A DNA stretch of 63,241 bases, counting the filler, from Chiloscyllium plagiosum (lineage: Eukaryota), in assembly GCF_004010195.1 (NCBI RefSeq). It is 4 parts of one record of this genome, joined end to end, with 100 filler letters (N's around TTAATTAATTAA, not from the genome) between each part and the next. Parts side by side here need not be neighbours in the genome. Positions count along the whole stretch, not along the records: positions 22,686 to 31,431 come from NC_057710.1; positions 31,532 to 56,552 come from NC_057710.1; 2 more parts are not named here. The stretch is one strand, 5' to 3'. A program made the translations under genes and the position numbers. The stretch's first letter is position 1, and every line of letters starts with the position of its first letter. Of this stretch, positions 23,720 to 35,435 are shown piece by piece. Under the pieces are notes generated by a model. The model was not told where the DNA came from. It ran no database searches and saw only the letters and a program-made list of their open reading frames with translations.

Positions 23720-25930
23720 GTAATTAGGCTTCTGGTCAATTATGACCCTCAGAGATGATGATGATAGGGTAGTCTGTTGCTGAAGGACAAGGTGAGGCAA
23801 CTACTTTGGTCCTCACCTGGTACTTCAGTGGTTCAAATGTCAGAAAGGGAGTTCCAGGGTTTTGACCCAATAACAGTCAAGAAACAGATGTGGTTACAGT
23901 CAAGATGTTGAGAGACTTTGAGGGGAACTTAATGATGTTCCCATGCACCTACTGCCCTGGTTTCTCCAAGTAGCAAAGGCCATATGATTGAAAAATACTG
24001 CCAAAGATGGTTTCATCAGTTTCTTCAGTATATCTTGTAGACAGTAAACACAGCTGCAACTGTGCATTAGGGGTGGATGAAGTATATGTTTAAGGCAGCA
24101 GATGGAATGTCAATCAAAAAAGTCGTATTGCCCTGGAGGCCATTGAGCTTCTTCACTATTGCTGGAGCTGTTCTCATTCAAGCAAGTGGTTTGACTTGTA
24201 AATATTTGAGGGTTTGGGAAATCTGGACATTGATTACTCGAGAATTCCCAGCTTTTGAACTGCTTCTCTTTAGCCATAGTATTTACTTTACTTCAGTTAA
24301 ATCTCTGGTCAATAGTAACTCTTACATGTTCTTTTTTTTTATTCACTCATGAGATATGGGCAGTGCTGACTGACCAGCATTTATTGCCCATCTCTAGTTG
24401 CCCTTGGGAAAGTGGTAATGAATCGCCTTCTTGAATCACTTCACTGCAGTCCATGTGCTATAGGTAAACCCATAATCCCATTAGGGAGGGATTAAAAGAA
24501 TTTTGACCAAGCAACACTGAAGGAATAGTAACATATTTCCAAGTCAGGATGGTGAGTGGCTTGGAGGGAAACTTGCAGGTAGTGGTGTTTCCATGTATCT
24601 GCTGCCCTGTCCTTCTTAGATGGGAAGTGGTCATAGGTTTGGAAGGCATTGTTGGTAAATTTTTGCAGTGCATTTTGTAGATAGTATCAACAGTGTGTAC
24701 TGAGCATCAGGAGTGGAGGGAGTGGATGTTTGTGAATGTGGTGCCCATAAAGCAGACTGCCTTTGTCCTGGAATGTGTCAAGTTCTTAAGTGTTACGTGC
24801 ACTCTTAAATTCTTAAGTACACTCATCCAGACAAAAGCAGAATATTCCATCACACTCCAGACTTGTACCTTGCAGACGGTGGACTGGCTTTGGGGAGTCA
24901 GGTGGTGAGCTACTCATTGCAGTATTCCTATTTTCTGACCTGCTCTTATAGCCAGTGTACATGGTGAGTCCAGTTGAGTTTCTTCGAGGAGAAAGTGAGG
25001 GCTGCAGATGCTGGAGATCAGAGCTGAAAATGTGTTGCTGGAAAAGCGCAGGTCAGGCAGCATCCAAGGAACAGGAGAATCGACGTTTCGGGCATAAGCC
25101 CTTCCTGAAGAAGGGCTTATGCCCGAAACATCGATTCTCCTGTTCCTTGGATGCTGCCTGACCTGCTGCGCTTTTCCAGCAACACATTTTCAGCCCAGTT
25201 GAGTTTCTGGTCAACGGTAACCCCCCTCAGGACATTAGTAGTGGGAGATTCAATGGTGATAATGTCATTGGACATCAAGGAGCAGTGGTTAGATTATCTC
25301 TTATTGGAGACAGTCATTGCTGGCATGTCTGATGCAATTGGTACTTGCCAACTGTCAGCTAAAGCCTGGATATTATCCAGTTCTTTTTTGCATTTGAGCA
25401 TGGATTGCTGAGGGATCTGAGTCATGAATGGTGCTGAACATGATGCAATTATCGACAAACATCCCCACCTCTGAAGTTATGATGGACAGAAGGTCATTGA
25501 TGAAGCAGCTGAAAATGGTTCAGCATAGAACACAACTCTGAAGAACTCTTGCAGGGATGTCCTGGAGCAAAGATGAAGAACCTCCAACAACCACAACTAT
25601 CTTCGTATGTGTCAGGTATGACTCCAACTAGCAGAAAACTTTCTCCCTGATTCCCATTAATCCTAGTTTTGCTAGGGTATCTTGATGCCAAGAGCAATTA
25701 CTCTCACCTCACTTCTGGTCTTCAGCTCTTCTGATCATGTTCGAATCAAGGCTGTAATGAAGAGCTGAGTGGCCCTGGTGGAACCCAAACGGAGCATCAG
25801 TGAGCAAGTTATTGTTGAGCAGGTGCAGCTTGATAGCACTGTTCATGACATCTTGTATCACTTTACTGATGATCGAGAGAAGATTCTTGGGGCAGTAATA
25901 GGCTAGGTTGGACGTGTCTTATCTTTTATT
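23720..25930 (-). mobile_element. Second-family LINE fragments (RT region and 3' end at about 24335)
   Basis: Reverse complement of the 3' end ttttttattcactcatgagatatgggc...gcatttattgcccatc..gttgccctt, followed by RT-region debris. Confidence 0.65.
24984..25194. mobile_element. Penelope-derived fold-back mini-element with hammerhead motif
   Basis: 14-bp TSD ccagttgagtttct (24970-24983 / 25195-25208), inverted arms, 37-nt tail. Core at 25105-25132: CUGAAGA-A-GGGC-UUAU-GCCC-GAAA-CA-UC. Confidence 0.85.
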
Positions 25931-27530
25931 CCCAACAACAAGGTCATTCTCTTGAGAGACTTCAGTGCCAGAGTCAGGAAAGGTCATAGGCTTTGGACTG
26001 AAATAATACGCAAGGAAGGAGTTGGCAAGGTCAACACTAATGGAAAATTTCTCACCAAACGTGCTAAACACAATCTGGTGATTATAAACACCCTATTTCA
26101 CCAGAAAAACAGGCATAAAGTCTCCTGGCAGCATCCACGCTCCAAACACTGGCATTTCATCAATTACATCATCATATGATCTCAGGATCAACAAAATGTG
26201 CTGATAACAAGAGCTGTTACTGGTACCAACTAGTGCTGGGCAGACCATTGACTCATCTTGTCCATTATGAGAATGAAGATTTGGCCCAAAAGGAAACACC
26301 AAAATCTGAACACTATCAATGAATTCAATGTTGACATCCTCCAAGACTTTAACTATGTACAGAAGTTCCAACAAAATCTTCAAGAACATCTGACTCAACA
26401 AATCCTACTATCTGTAGAAGAATACTGGAACAGAGGAAAGAAAATTGTCAAGTTGGGCATAGATGTTCTCCTTTATTTGGTCTTCAGCGCCTAGAGTTGG
26501 AGCATAGGTGCTGATGATAGTGGCATGTTGGTTCTTGAAGAGCTGAATTCACAGAGTCATGAGACATTTATTGATTCCCAGTGGTTGCACTGTCAGCTTC
26601 TAAAGTAGGCTGGTTCAGATGGCAAAACCTACACCATGTATCCTCAGTTGTTCAGGATCAGGTCCTTTCCAGAAAAAAAGGTGTATTGACCTTGGTCTTG
26701 CTTTAATTGCCCTTCTCCAGCTTTGTGGGTTTCACTCAGAGCAACCATGTCAAAGTTGAATTTTTGGAGTTCCCGGGCAACAAAGGCAGTTTTCCTCTCT
26801 GGCCGGTCTGAATTTGGGTCATTCATCAGAGTTCATACATTCCAGGTTCCAAATTTCCATAGTTTCGCTTCTTGATGTTTGTCGACTGCATAATGATGAT
26901 CCCTCTGGATGAGGCTTTTCAGTCAGGATGGGGTGAAGCAGACTATTTTTGGGGCAACTTTCCTAGCCCTCTCTCAGTTCAGGGTGAGCAGAGTGGATCC
27001 TAAATAGGACTGCTGAAACGTGAATATTGCTACCAAACAACTTTCCTCCTCCTGTCCAAACGTTGAGCAACTGAATCAAGTATTCACCGCTTTCATGCCG
27101 GTTGTTAACTCGGAGCTTCCAGCCATCACTTTGCCTGCTCCTATCGCCCTCTCCCGATCGCCAGAAACCTGAAGACGTAGCCCACAGAGTGAAGACACCT
27201 GTATGTGTATTTGTTTAATGTGTACTTGATGTTGCACTTCAAGAAGCACACGATACTTCACAAATCAACCAACTGATTCCAATGGCATGTAGACCACGAG
27301 GATCAGAGTTGATGGATTTGCTGCAGCCTTCATCTGCCTTCACAGCCATTGAGTCTGAAGCAACTTCACCCATTTGTTCCACCGTTGAGATCTTGGTTGG
27401 ATTGTTCTTTGTCAGGGACATCATCCTCGACCTTACCGCCATGGGTGACCCTACCAGGAACATAGCTCCAGACAGCATCACCCGCAAGCTTCTCCACAGT
27501 GGCAAAGTGAATGCTAAATAAACATGAACT
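25930..27530 (-). mobile_element. RTE-clade LINE 5' part with an inverted internal segment
   Basis: Minus strand: MxxGTWNV..DRPERKTAFVARELQKFNFDMVALSET..GVGFAI..ISTYAPT. Plus strand 25930-26425: KVILLRDFSARV..GVGKVNTNG..INTLF..SWQHPRSKHWH. Confidence 0.8.
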
Positions 27531-28412
27531 GATTCACAAGGGAACATTTACTCAGAGCATTTATTAAACCTGCCTCATTCCACAATGCCAGACTCAAATC
27601 TGCCTAAACCCTATTTGCAGCCACAATATATTTTTTCAGAAAAATGTCCCAAATACACAATGCACGTTTCATCCTGATACCTCTGCCAATTTAATTTTCT
27701 AATCTGCATAATGATTAAAGTCATCCATGATTACAGTACTGCCATTTTAATTGATATCAATATCTCCTGATTTAGTCTGTCTTGCAGTATAGCTATTGTG
27801 AGGGTACTCCCACCAGTACTGCCTTCTCCTTTCCCAATCAAAGATTATTTCTTGCTCTTGCACTTCTTCCATATCATACTAACAATTCTACTCCGTACCC
27901 TTTCCTTCTTGCTTAATATTTCAAAAAGTGACTATCCCTGAATATTTAGTTCAGAGCTTTGTTCTCCTTATAACTACATCTCCATAATGTACGTAAGATC
28001 ATAATTCCTTTTTGTTCCAAATACTACATACATTTAAGTTGAATGTTATTAAATCTGCCTTTTTACCATTTTCCCCTTTGAGCCTACTTGCTTTGTTTTA
28101 TGTTTGTGTATGCTGTCCTTTCCTGCCCTACCCTCAATATTATCTAAATAACTTCCTTATGATGCTACCAAATCCTTTTGCTTTGCAAGCCAACATATTT
28201 CTTCTCCAGAACCATCCCCCTAATGTGTATTTAGTTCAAAGCCCACTCTGCAGACTGATGATTTTATTTTGACAGGACACTGATCCCAGCGTGGTTCAGA
28301 TAAAGCTCATCCCCATTTTAGATAAAGGGCTGATCATTTAAGGCCGAGATGAGAAGAAATTTCTTCACTCAACGGGTTTTAAATTTCTGGAATTTTCAAC
28401 CACAGTTTTTTT

Positions 28413-28723
28413 TTAGATTAGATTCCCTTCGGCTCAACAAGACCACACCAACCCTCCGAACAATAACCCAACCTGACCCATTCCCCTATCCTATATTTAC
28501 CCCTGACTAAAACACCTAACACTATGGGCAATTTACCCTGGCCAATTCACCTAAATTGCACATCTTTGAATTGTGGGAGGAAACTGGAGCACCCGGTGGA
28601 AACCCATGCAGACATGGGGAGACTGCCTGTGTGGAGTTTGCACAGTCTCCCGAGGTGGGAATCAAACCCAGGTCCCTGGTGCAGTGAGACAGCAGTGCTA
28701 ACCACTGAGTCACCATGCCGCCC
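28413..28723 (-). mobile_element. HE1-type V-SINE
   Basis: tRNA-like head, V-domain and ttagattagatt tail. Confidence 0.88.
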
Positions 28724-28947
28724 TTGGTAAGTCATTAAGTATATTCAAGAACAGACTGTAGGGAAAGACTGTGTTTATGACCACGAAAATCAAGAGGAAT
28801 TAGTGGGAGAGTTGGCCCATTGTCAACAATCGACCACAGTTTTAGTGACTAACCTATAAATGAGCAAATATTAAAGACGACGCCTTTTTCAAATAAAATA
28901 CAAATACTGAGCATGAGAATAATATTCACATAGTATGTTAAACTTAC

Positions 28948-29085
28948 CTGTTGTGGTTGTTCTGTTACTCTCTGCAGTTCTGATTTTACTTTGTTGTTCG
29001 GGTGATCTGTAACTTTTGTTACTGGCTGCTTGAAAATGGATGCAGTTTGTCTTATTGGCAGGGTGGTGTTCAAATCTAATTTCCC
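28948..29085 (-). CDS. MBD2: MBD2 coding exon 3 (intrinsically disordered region)
   Basis: Translates GKLDLNTTLPIRQTASIFKQPVTKVTDHPNNKVKSELQRVTEQPQQ. NTTLPIRQ and TKVT favour MBD2 over MBD3 (NTALPVRQ, TKIT). Acceptor ttgcag|, donor CAG|gtaagt. 138 nt, phase 0/0, in frame with exon 2. Confidence 0.95.
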
Positions 29086-29292
29086 CTGCAAGTTGGAAAA
29101 TACAGGAATAAAAAAGAATAAATCAAAAATGATACACTTTGCTCTTTTATATATTTGCAAACCAAAAGTCCTCTCTCATACAGCATAAATGTTGGTTTTC
29201 CTCTGAATTGGTACTTTTGCAAAAGTTGGAGTATTTCTCCAGCATAAGTGAAAAGTACTTACTTTACACCATAGTGGTGGGTGGGGATAGAA

Positions 29293-30355
29293 GTCATAGA
29301 AGTCTACAGCATGGAAACAGACCCTTCAGCCCAACTTGCCAATCCCACCCAGTTTTCACATTTGTACTAGTCCCATTTGTCTGCATTTGGTCCATAACTC
29401 TCCATACCTACGCCATCCATGTACTTGTCTAAACGTTTATAAAATGATGAAATTGCAATCGCTTCCACATTACATCTGGCAGCCTATTCCAGACACACAC
29501 CTCCTTCACTTTACAGAGAGGTTTTGATAGGTTAAACAAGGCCTACAACAAGTTGGCAAACAGACTACGTGGGAAAATATGAAGCTGTGCATTTTGAAAT
29601 GGAGAACAAAAAAAAAGTCTGACTTAAATGAAGAAAACTGCAGAACAATGCATCACAAAGGGACTTGGGATGCTTGCGAAAGACACACAGAAAGCTAGCA
29701 CATGGGTGCAGCAGCTAATCTGGAAGGCTCATGGAATGCTGGTCCTTATTTCAAAGGGGCTGTAATATAAGATTAGGGAAAGTCTTAACTGCACCTTACA
29801 AGGTGCTGGCGAGACCGCATCTGGATCACTGGGAGCAGTTTCAGATCGCTTTTTTAAGGAAAAACATCATTTCTTTGAAGTAGTTCAAAAAAAGTTCACT
29901 AGGATGATCCCCAGTGAGGGGGGAATTGTCTTATGGGCAAATCCTAAACAAATTGGGATCAATTCACTGAGTTTAGGAGAATGAGAGTTGATCTCAGTGA
30001 AACATATAGGATTCTTCAGGGGTTTGACAGGGTTAATAAGGGATATTATCCTTCATGGGAAAGTCTAGGACCAAAGGGCATACTCTCAGAATAAAGGACT
30101 GCCATTTTAAGATTTAGATGAGGAATTTCTTGAGAGAGTTTAGAGTTTTTGGAATTCCTTGCCACAGAGAGCTATGGGGGCAGAGTCCTTGTGAATATTC
30201 AATACTCAGATAAATAGATTGTTGATCAGATGGGGAATCAAGCATTATAGGGAAAGGGCAGGAATGTGGACATGAGGAGTGTCAGAACAGCCATGAGTGT
30301 AGGCTCCAGGGAATGAATGGGGACTACTCCTGTTCCTTTTCTTTATGGTTTTATC
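29293..30355. mobile_element. Adjacent CR1 fragments (minus 3' end 29293-29505; plus RT/3' end 29530-30355)
   Basis: CR1 3' ends and a decayed LARPHLDHWEQF motif. Confidence 0.7.
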
Positions 30356-30419
30356 ACTGTTGTCCAGGGCAGAATTGTTTGATAGTGTAGAACTTCGGTG
30401 CTGTTGAAAAAATAACTTT

Positions 30420-30656
30420 TTCCAAAGTGCTTCATCTTGTACTCAACAGTTTTGCAAAAGTGCCAATTCAAGAAGAAAACCAACATTTATACTGCATGAG
30501 AGAAGACTGCTGACTGGTTTGTAAGAGGACTCTGATTGGTTATGACAACACCTCAACCAGAGACAACTTGCCAATCAGAACTCTCCTCTCATGAAGTATA
30601 AATGTTGGATTTCCCCTTGAATTGGTACTCGTACAAACCATCCCATTGAGTACAGA
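30420..30656. mobile_element. Old fold-back element with decayed hammerhead-like ends
   Basis: Inverted arms tgccaattcaagaagaaaaccaacatttatactgcatgagagaag / ctcctctcatgaagtataaatgttggatttccccttgaattggta. Minus strand reads ctgttgagtacaagatgaagcacttt. Confidence 0.55.
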
Positions 30657-31201
30657 TCCAGAATCTACAACTGCTTCTCATATGACAAGCTCTTCATCCC
30701 TGGGATTATTCTTGTAAACCTCCTTTGGACTCCCTCAAATGCCAGCACATTTTTCCTCAGATATGGGGCCCAAAAATGCTCTCAATATTTTCTAAATGCA
30801 GTCTGACCAGAGCCTTCTACAGTCTCAACAGTGCATCTCTGCTCTTGCATTCTAGCCCTAGTGAAATGAATGCCAAAATCGCATTTGCCTTCTTAACCGC
30901 CAAATTAACCTGTACATTAGTCTTAACAGAATCTGAACTAGGACTCCCAAGTCCCTTTGTGCTTCTGGTTTCCAAAGCCTTTCCCAATTAGAAAATATGC
31001 TATGCCTCTATTCTTCCTGCAAAAGTGCATAGCCTCACACTAACATTTTATCCATCTGCCACTTGTGCACACTCACCTACCCTGTCCAAGTTCTTCTGCA
31101 AGGTAAAAACAATGACTGCAGATGCTGGAAACCAGATTCTGGCTCAATGGTGCTGGAAGAGCACAGCAATTCAGGCAGCATCGAGGAGCTTCAGCAAAAT
31201 C

Positions 31202-31229
31202 GACGTTTCGGGCAAAAGCCCTTCATCAG
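31202..31229 (-). ncRNA. Minimal type I hammerhead ribozyme motif
   Basis: CUGAUGA-A-GGGC-UUUU-GCCC-GAAA-CG-UC with the fully canonical CUGAUGA core. Confidence 0.75.
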
Positions 31230-31431
31230 GAATAAAGGCAGAGAGCCTGAAGTGTGGAGAGATAAGCGAGGGGAGGGTGGGGGTGGGGAGAGAGTAGCAT
31301 AGAGTACAATAGGTGAGTGGGGGAGGAGATGAAGGTGATAGGTCAGGGAGGAGAGGGTGGAGTGGATAGGTGAAAAAGGAGCTTTGTAGGGTTTGCGGAG
31401 GTTTGTAGGGTGGAAGGTGAGCACCAGGGGC

Positions 31432-31531
31432 NNNNNNNNNNNNNNNNNNNNNNNNNNNNNNNNNNNNNNNNNNNNTTAATTAATTAANNNNNNNNNNNNN
31501 NNNNNNNNNNNNNNNNNNNNNNNNNNNNNNN
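31432..31531. other. Scaffold linker gap N44-TTAATTAATTAA-N44
   Basis: Same construct as 22586-22685. Confidence 0.95.
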
Positions 31532-31562
31532 ATGAAGGGCTTTTGCCCGAAACGTCGATTTT

Positions 31563-31887
31563 GCTGAAACTCCTCGATGCTGCCTGAATTGCTGTGCTCT
31601 TCCAGCACCATTGATCCAAGTCCTTCTGCAGCCTACCCATTTCCTCCACTTATCTTTGTGCCATCTGCAAACGTAGCAACAGAGCACTCAATTCCTTTGT
31701 CTATATCATTAATGTAGCTGAAACTCCTCGATGCTGCCTGAATTGCTGTGCTCTTCCAGCACCATTGATCCAAGTCCTTCTGCAGCCTACCCATTTCCTC
31801 AGTACTACCTGTCCCTCCACTTATCTTTGTGCCATCTGCAAACTTAGCAACAGTGGACTCGATTCCTTTGTCTATATCATTAATGTA
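31563..31887. repeat. Tandem duplication across a PLE/CR1 junction
   Basis: Two diverged copies, 31563-31716 and 31717-31887, both starting gctgaaactcctcgatg and ending tcattaatgta. Confidence 0.85.
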
Positions 31888-34617
31888 TAATGCAAATAGT
31901 TGTGGTACCAACAGAGACCTCTGTAGAACTCTACTAGTTACCTGATGCCATCCTGAAAAACACCCCTTTGTACCTACTCTCTACCTTCTATCAGTCAGCT
32001 AATTCTCTACTGATGCAAATACTTTTGTACCTAATACTGGCCTTATTTAGTAGTCTCCTGTGTGGCATGTCATCAAGTGACCTTCTGGAAATCCAGTCAC
32101 TGGCTCTCCTTTGTCTAACTTGCTTGTTACCCCCTCAAAAAAATTCTAACAGATTTGTTAGGCATGATCTCTTTGATGAAGCCATCCTGACTTTGTCGTA
32201 CTTTTGTCGTACTTTACCCTATTCCACAATCTCTTTAATAATTTATTCTAAAATCTTACCAGCATCTGAGGTCAGGCTATCCGGTGTATAGTTTCCTGTC
32301 TTCTGCCTCCCTCATTTCATAAACAGGGGTGTGACATTAGCCATTTTCCAGTCATCTGGCAGGCGCCCGGACTTCAATGATTCTCGAAAGACCAGCACCA
32401 ATATCTCTACAATCTCCTCAGCTATCTCCTTCAGAGTCTTGTAATGTAGTCCATCCAATCCAAGTGATTTATCTACCTTCAGATCTTTCCGCTTCCCCAG
32501 TACCTTCTCCTTAGTGATGGCCATTACACTCATCTCTGCCCCCTGACTCTTTTGAAACTCTGCTATGCTACTTGTGTCTTCCACTGTGAAGAGTTTCAGA
32601 CTGAGATGAGGAATTTACTCTCAGAATTGAGCATTTTTGGAACTATTCAGTTTCTGTCATTCTTGTTTCTCAACCCTGCTTTTCACCCTCATTTTCCACT
32701 GGTCTAATGTCCACTTTTGCCTCTTTCCTAAACTCTAGATATTTAAGAAAATTCCTGCAATCTTTTTATGTCACCAGCTAGCTCACTCTCATTTCATCGT
32801 CGGCCCCTTTTTGCATTTTTCATCATGCTGGTTTTTAAAGGTTTCCCAATCCCCTGCCTTCCTACTAATCTTCACCACATTGCATGCTTTTTCTTTTGCT
32901 TTTATGCTGTCCCTGACATCTCTAATTGGCCCTGGTTGCCCTTAGTATTTTTCTTCTTCCTCGGGTGAATTTCTGCAATGGTTCCTAAATTACTGCCATT
33001 GCTGCTCCACCATCTTCCTTGCTAGACTCTCCTTCCAATCAGGTCTGGCCAGCTCCTTCCTCATGTCTTTGTAGGTACCTTTACTCAATTGTAATACCAT
33101 AACATTTGATTCCAGCTTCACCCTCTCAAACTGCAGGGTAATTCTATCAAATTATGGTCACTACCCCTAGGAAGCTAGAGGTTCCTTCGAAACTAGCTGC
33201 CTAATCAAGTCTCCCTCATTGCACATCACCAAATCCAGAATTGCTCCCTAGTTGGCTCTACCACAAACTGCTCCAAAAATCATCTAGTCAATATTCCATC
33301 AATTCCTTTCATTAGGCTTCACTACCAACCTGATTTTCCCAATTCACCTGCATGTTGAAGTCCCCCCATGACTATTGTAATCGTTCCTTTCTTACATCCC
33401 TTTTCTATCTCCTGATGTATTTTCTTCCTGACATCCTGGCCACTGTTAGTTGTGTAACAGGCATCCTATCAGGCTATTTTTTCCCCTTTGCTGTTCTTCA
33501 ACTCTACATGCACAGATTCCACATCTTTGACTCTATATCACGTCTTGCTATGGATTTAATTTCATTTTTTACTAACTAACATCACATTCTCAGCCCCTCT
33601 GCCCAGCACTAGGACATTTATCCTGAGATATTTAGCTTCCAGCCCTGATTCCTTTGCATCTATGATGTTCACAACCTGCCAATTTCAATCTGCACGACAT
33701 TTACCATTTTTCATATACTGTGCGCATTTAAGTAGAACATCCTCAGCCCTGCATTGACTGACCTTTCTCATAATTGTCCCCTTATCTGCTGTGCCTGCAG
33801 TTAGAGTTCTCACTCCTCCTATACTGTCCAAATACTTGCTTGGAAACTTTCACCTCTGCTGAACTCTCCTCTCCTTTAACTTTTTTGTAAAAGTTTTGTG
33901 GAACTAAAGCTCTAAAAGACATTAAGTTTACCTTGAAATAAAGGATAAATGTAAAATAGTAAATGTTCTGTATATTGCTTGCAATTTTAACACAAACAGG
34001 TTATTCAGTCCCCATTAATAATCTTAATTGCCAAACTCTCACCCTGCTCCCATGTCAATTACCTCCCCACACACAACCTCTTTCACTTTATTTATCTGTT
34101 GCTAAAAGGGACTACGCTCTGTGCTTCACTTAACACAAATACACAAAAACTCCTTTTGCTCTCCTTCCTAAATTACGTACGTTAAATCTTACATCCATAT
34201 CTCCCCACTGTAGATCAATTGCTGAACAATCCATTTCTATCTACTACGTTCAATACCAGCATGAATTTAAGCATTTTTACCATTACATCCATACTCTCAA
34301 CTGTTCGCATGAACTACCTCAATTTTTTTTCAAATTTCCTTCAAGAATATTTCTTGAACCAAGTGAATCCATGCAAGTCCTATTGCATGAACATTTTCCC
34401 AGCGGTGTAAAAGCCGACTCCACACAATGCTACAAATGTGGCCACAATGGGGTTTTACACAAATTCATCATTGTTTCTCAACTTCTACTTTCGATATTTC
34501 ATTTTATCTACAATTCTCAGTCTTCTGTATTTGAACCTCAAATTTATCCTTCTACATTCTGTTTGAATGGTAATTATCAAATCTTTCACATCAAAATAGC
34601 AGTCTATAAGAGGTATA

Positions 34618-35435
34618 GTTAATAAGTTTGTAGATGACACCAAAATTGGAGTGTAGTGGACAGCGAAGAAGGTTACCTCAGATTACACCAGGTTCTTGAT
34701 CAGATGGGCCAATGGGCTGAGGATTGGCAGATGGAGATTAATGTAGATAAATGTGAGGTGCTGCATTTTGGGAAAGCAATTCTTAGCAGGACTTAATACA
34801 CTTAACTCAAGGTAGATAGGATAGTGAAGGCAGCGTTTGAAATGCTTTCCTTTATTTGTCAGAGAATTGGGTACAGGAGTTGGGAGGTCATGGTGCGACT
34901 GTACAGGACATTGGTTAGGCCACTGTTGGAATATTGCGTGCAATTCTGGTCTCATTCCTATTGGAAAGATGTTATGCAACTTGAAAGGGCTCAGAAAAGA
35001 TTTACAAGGATGTTGCCATTGTTGGAGGATTCGAGCTACAGGGAGAGGTTGAATAGGCTAGGGCTGCTTTCTCTGGAGTGTTGGAGGCTGAGGGGTGACC
35101 TTATAGAAGTTTATAAAATCATGAGGGGCATGGATAGGGTAAATAGACAAGGTCTTTTCCCTGGGGTGGGGGGGGGTCCAGAACTAGAGCACATAGGGGC
35201 AACATTTTCATGCAGAGGGTGGTACATGTATGGAATGGGCTGCTAGAGGAAGTGGTGGAGGCTAGTACAATTGCAACATTTAAAAGGCATCTGGATGGGT
35301 ATATGAATAGGAAGGGTTTGGTGGGATATGGGCCAGGTGCTGGCAGGTGGGACTAGATTGGGTTGGGATATCTGGTCGGCATGGACGAGTTAGAATGAAG
35401 GGTCTGTTTCTGTGCTGTACATCTCTACGACTCTA
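34618..35435 (+). mobile_element. CR1/HER1 LINE RT and 3' end
   Basis: KFVDDTKIG, LVRPLLEYCVQFWS, 3' ctgtacatctctacgactctat. Confidence 0.9.

Larger units (their letters stand above)
31103..31618. mobile_element. Penelope-like element with inverted pLTR ends spanning a gap
   Basis: Inverted arms; imperfect TSD agttcttctgca / agtccttctgca; pLTR body at 31231-31431. Confidence 0.8.
30655..33790 (-). mobile_element. Decayed CR1 LINE ORF2, interrupted
   Basis: YINDIDKGIESTVAKFADGTKISG, DKSLGLDGLHYKTLKE..PDDWKMANVTPLF, MGDFN. Confidence 0.85.
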
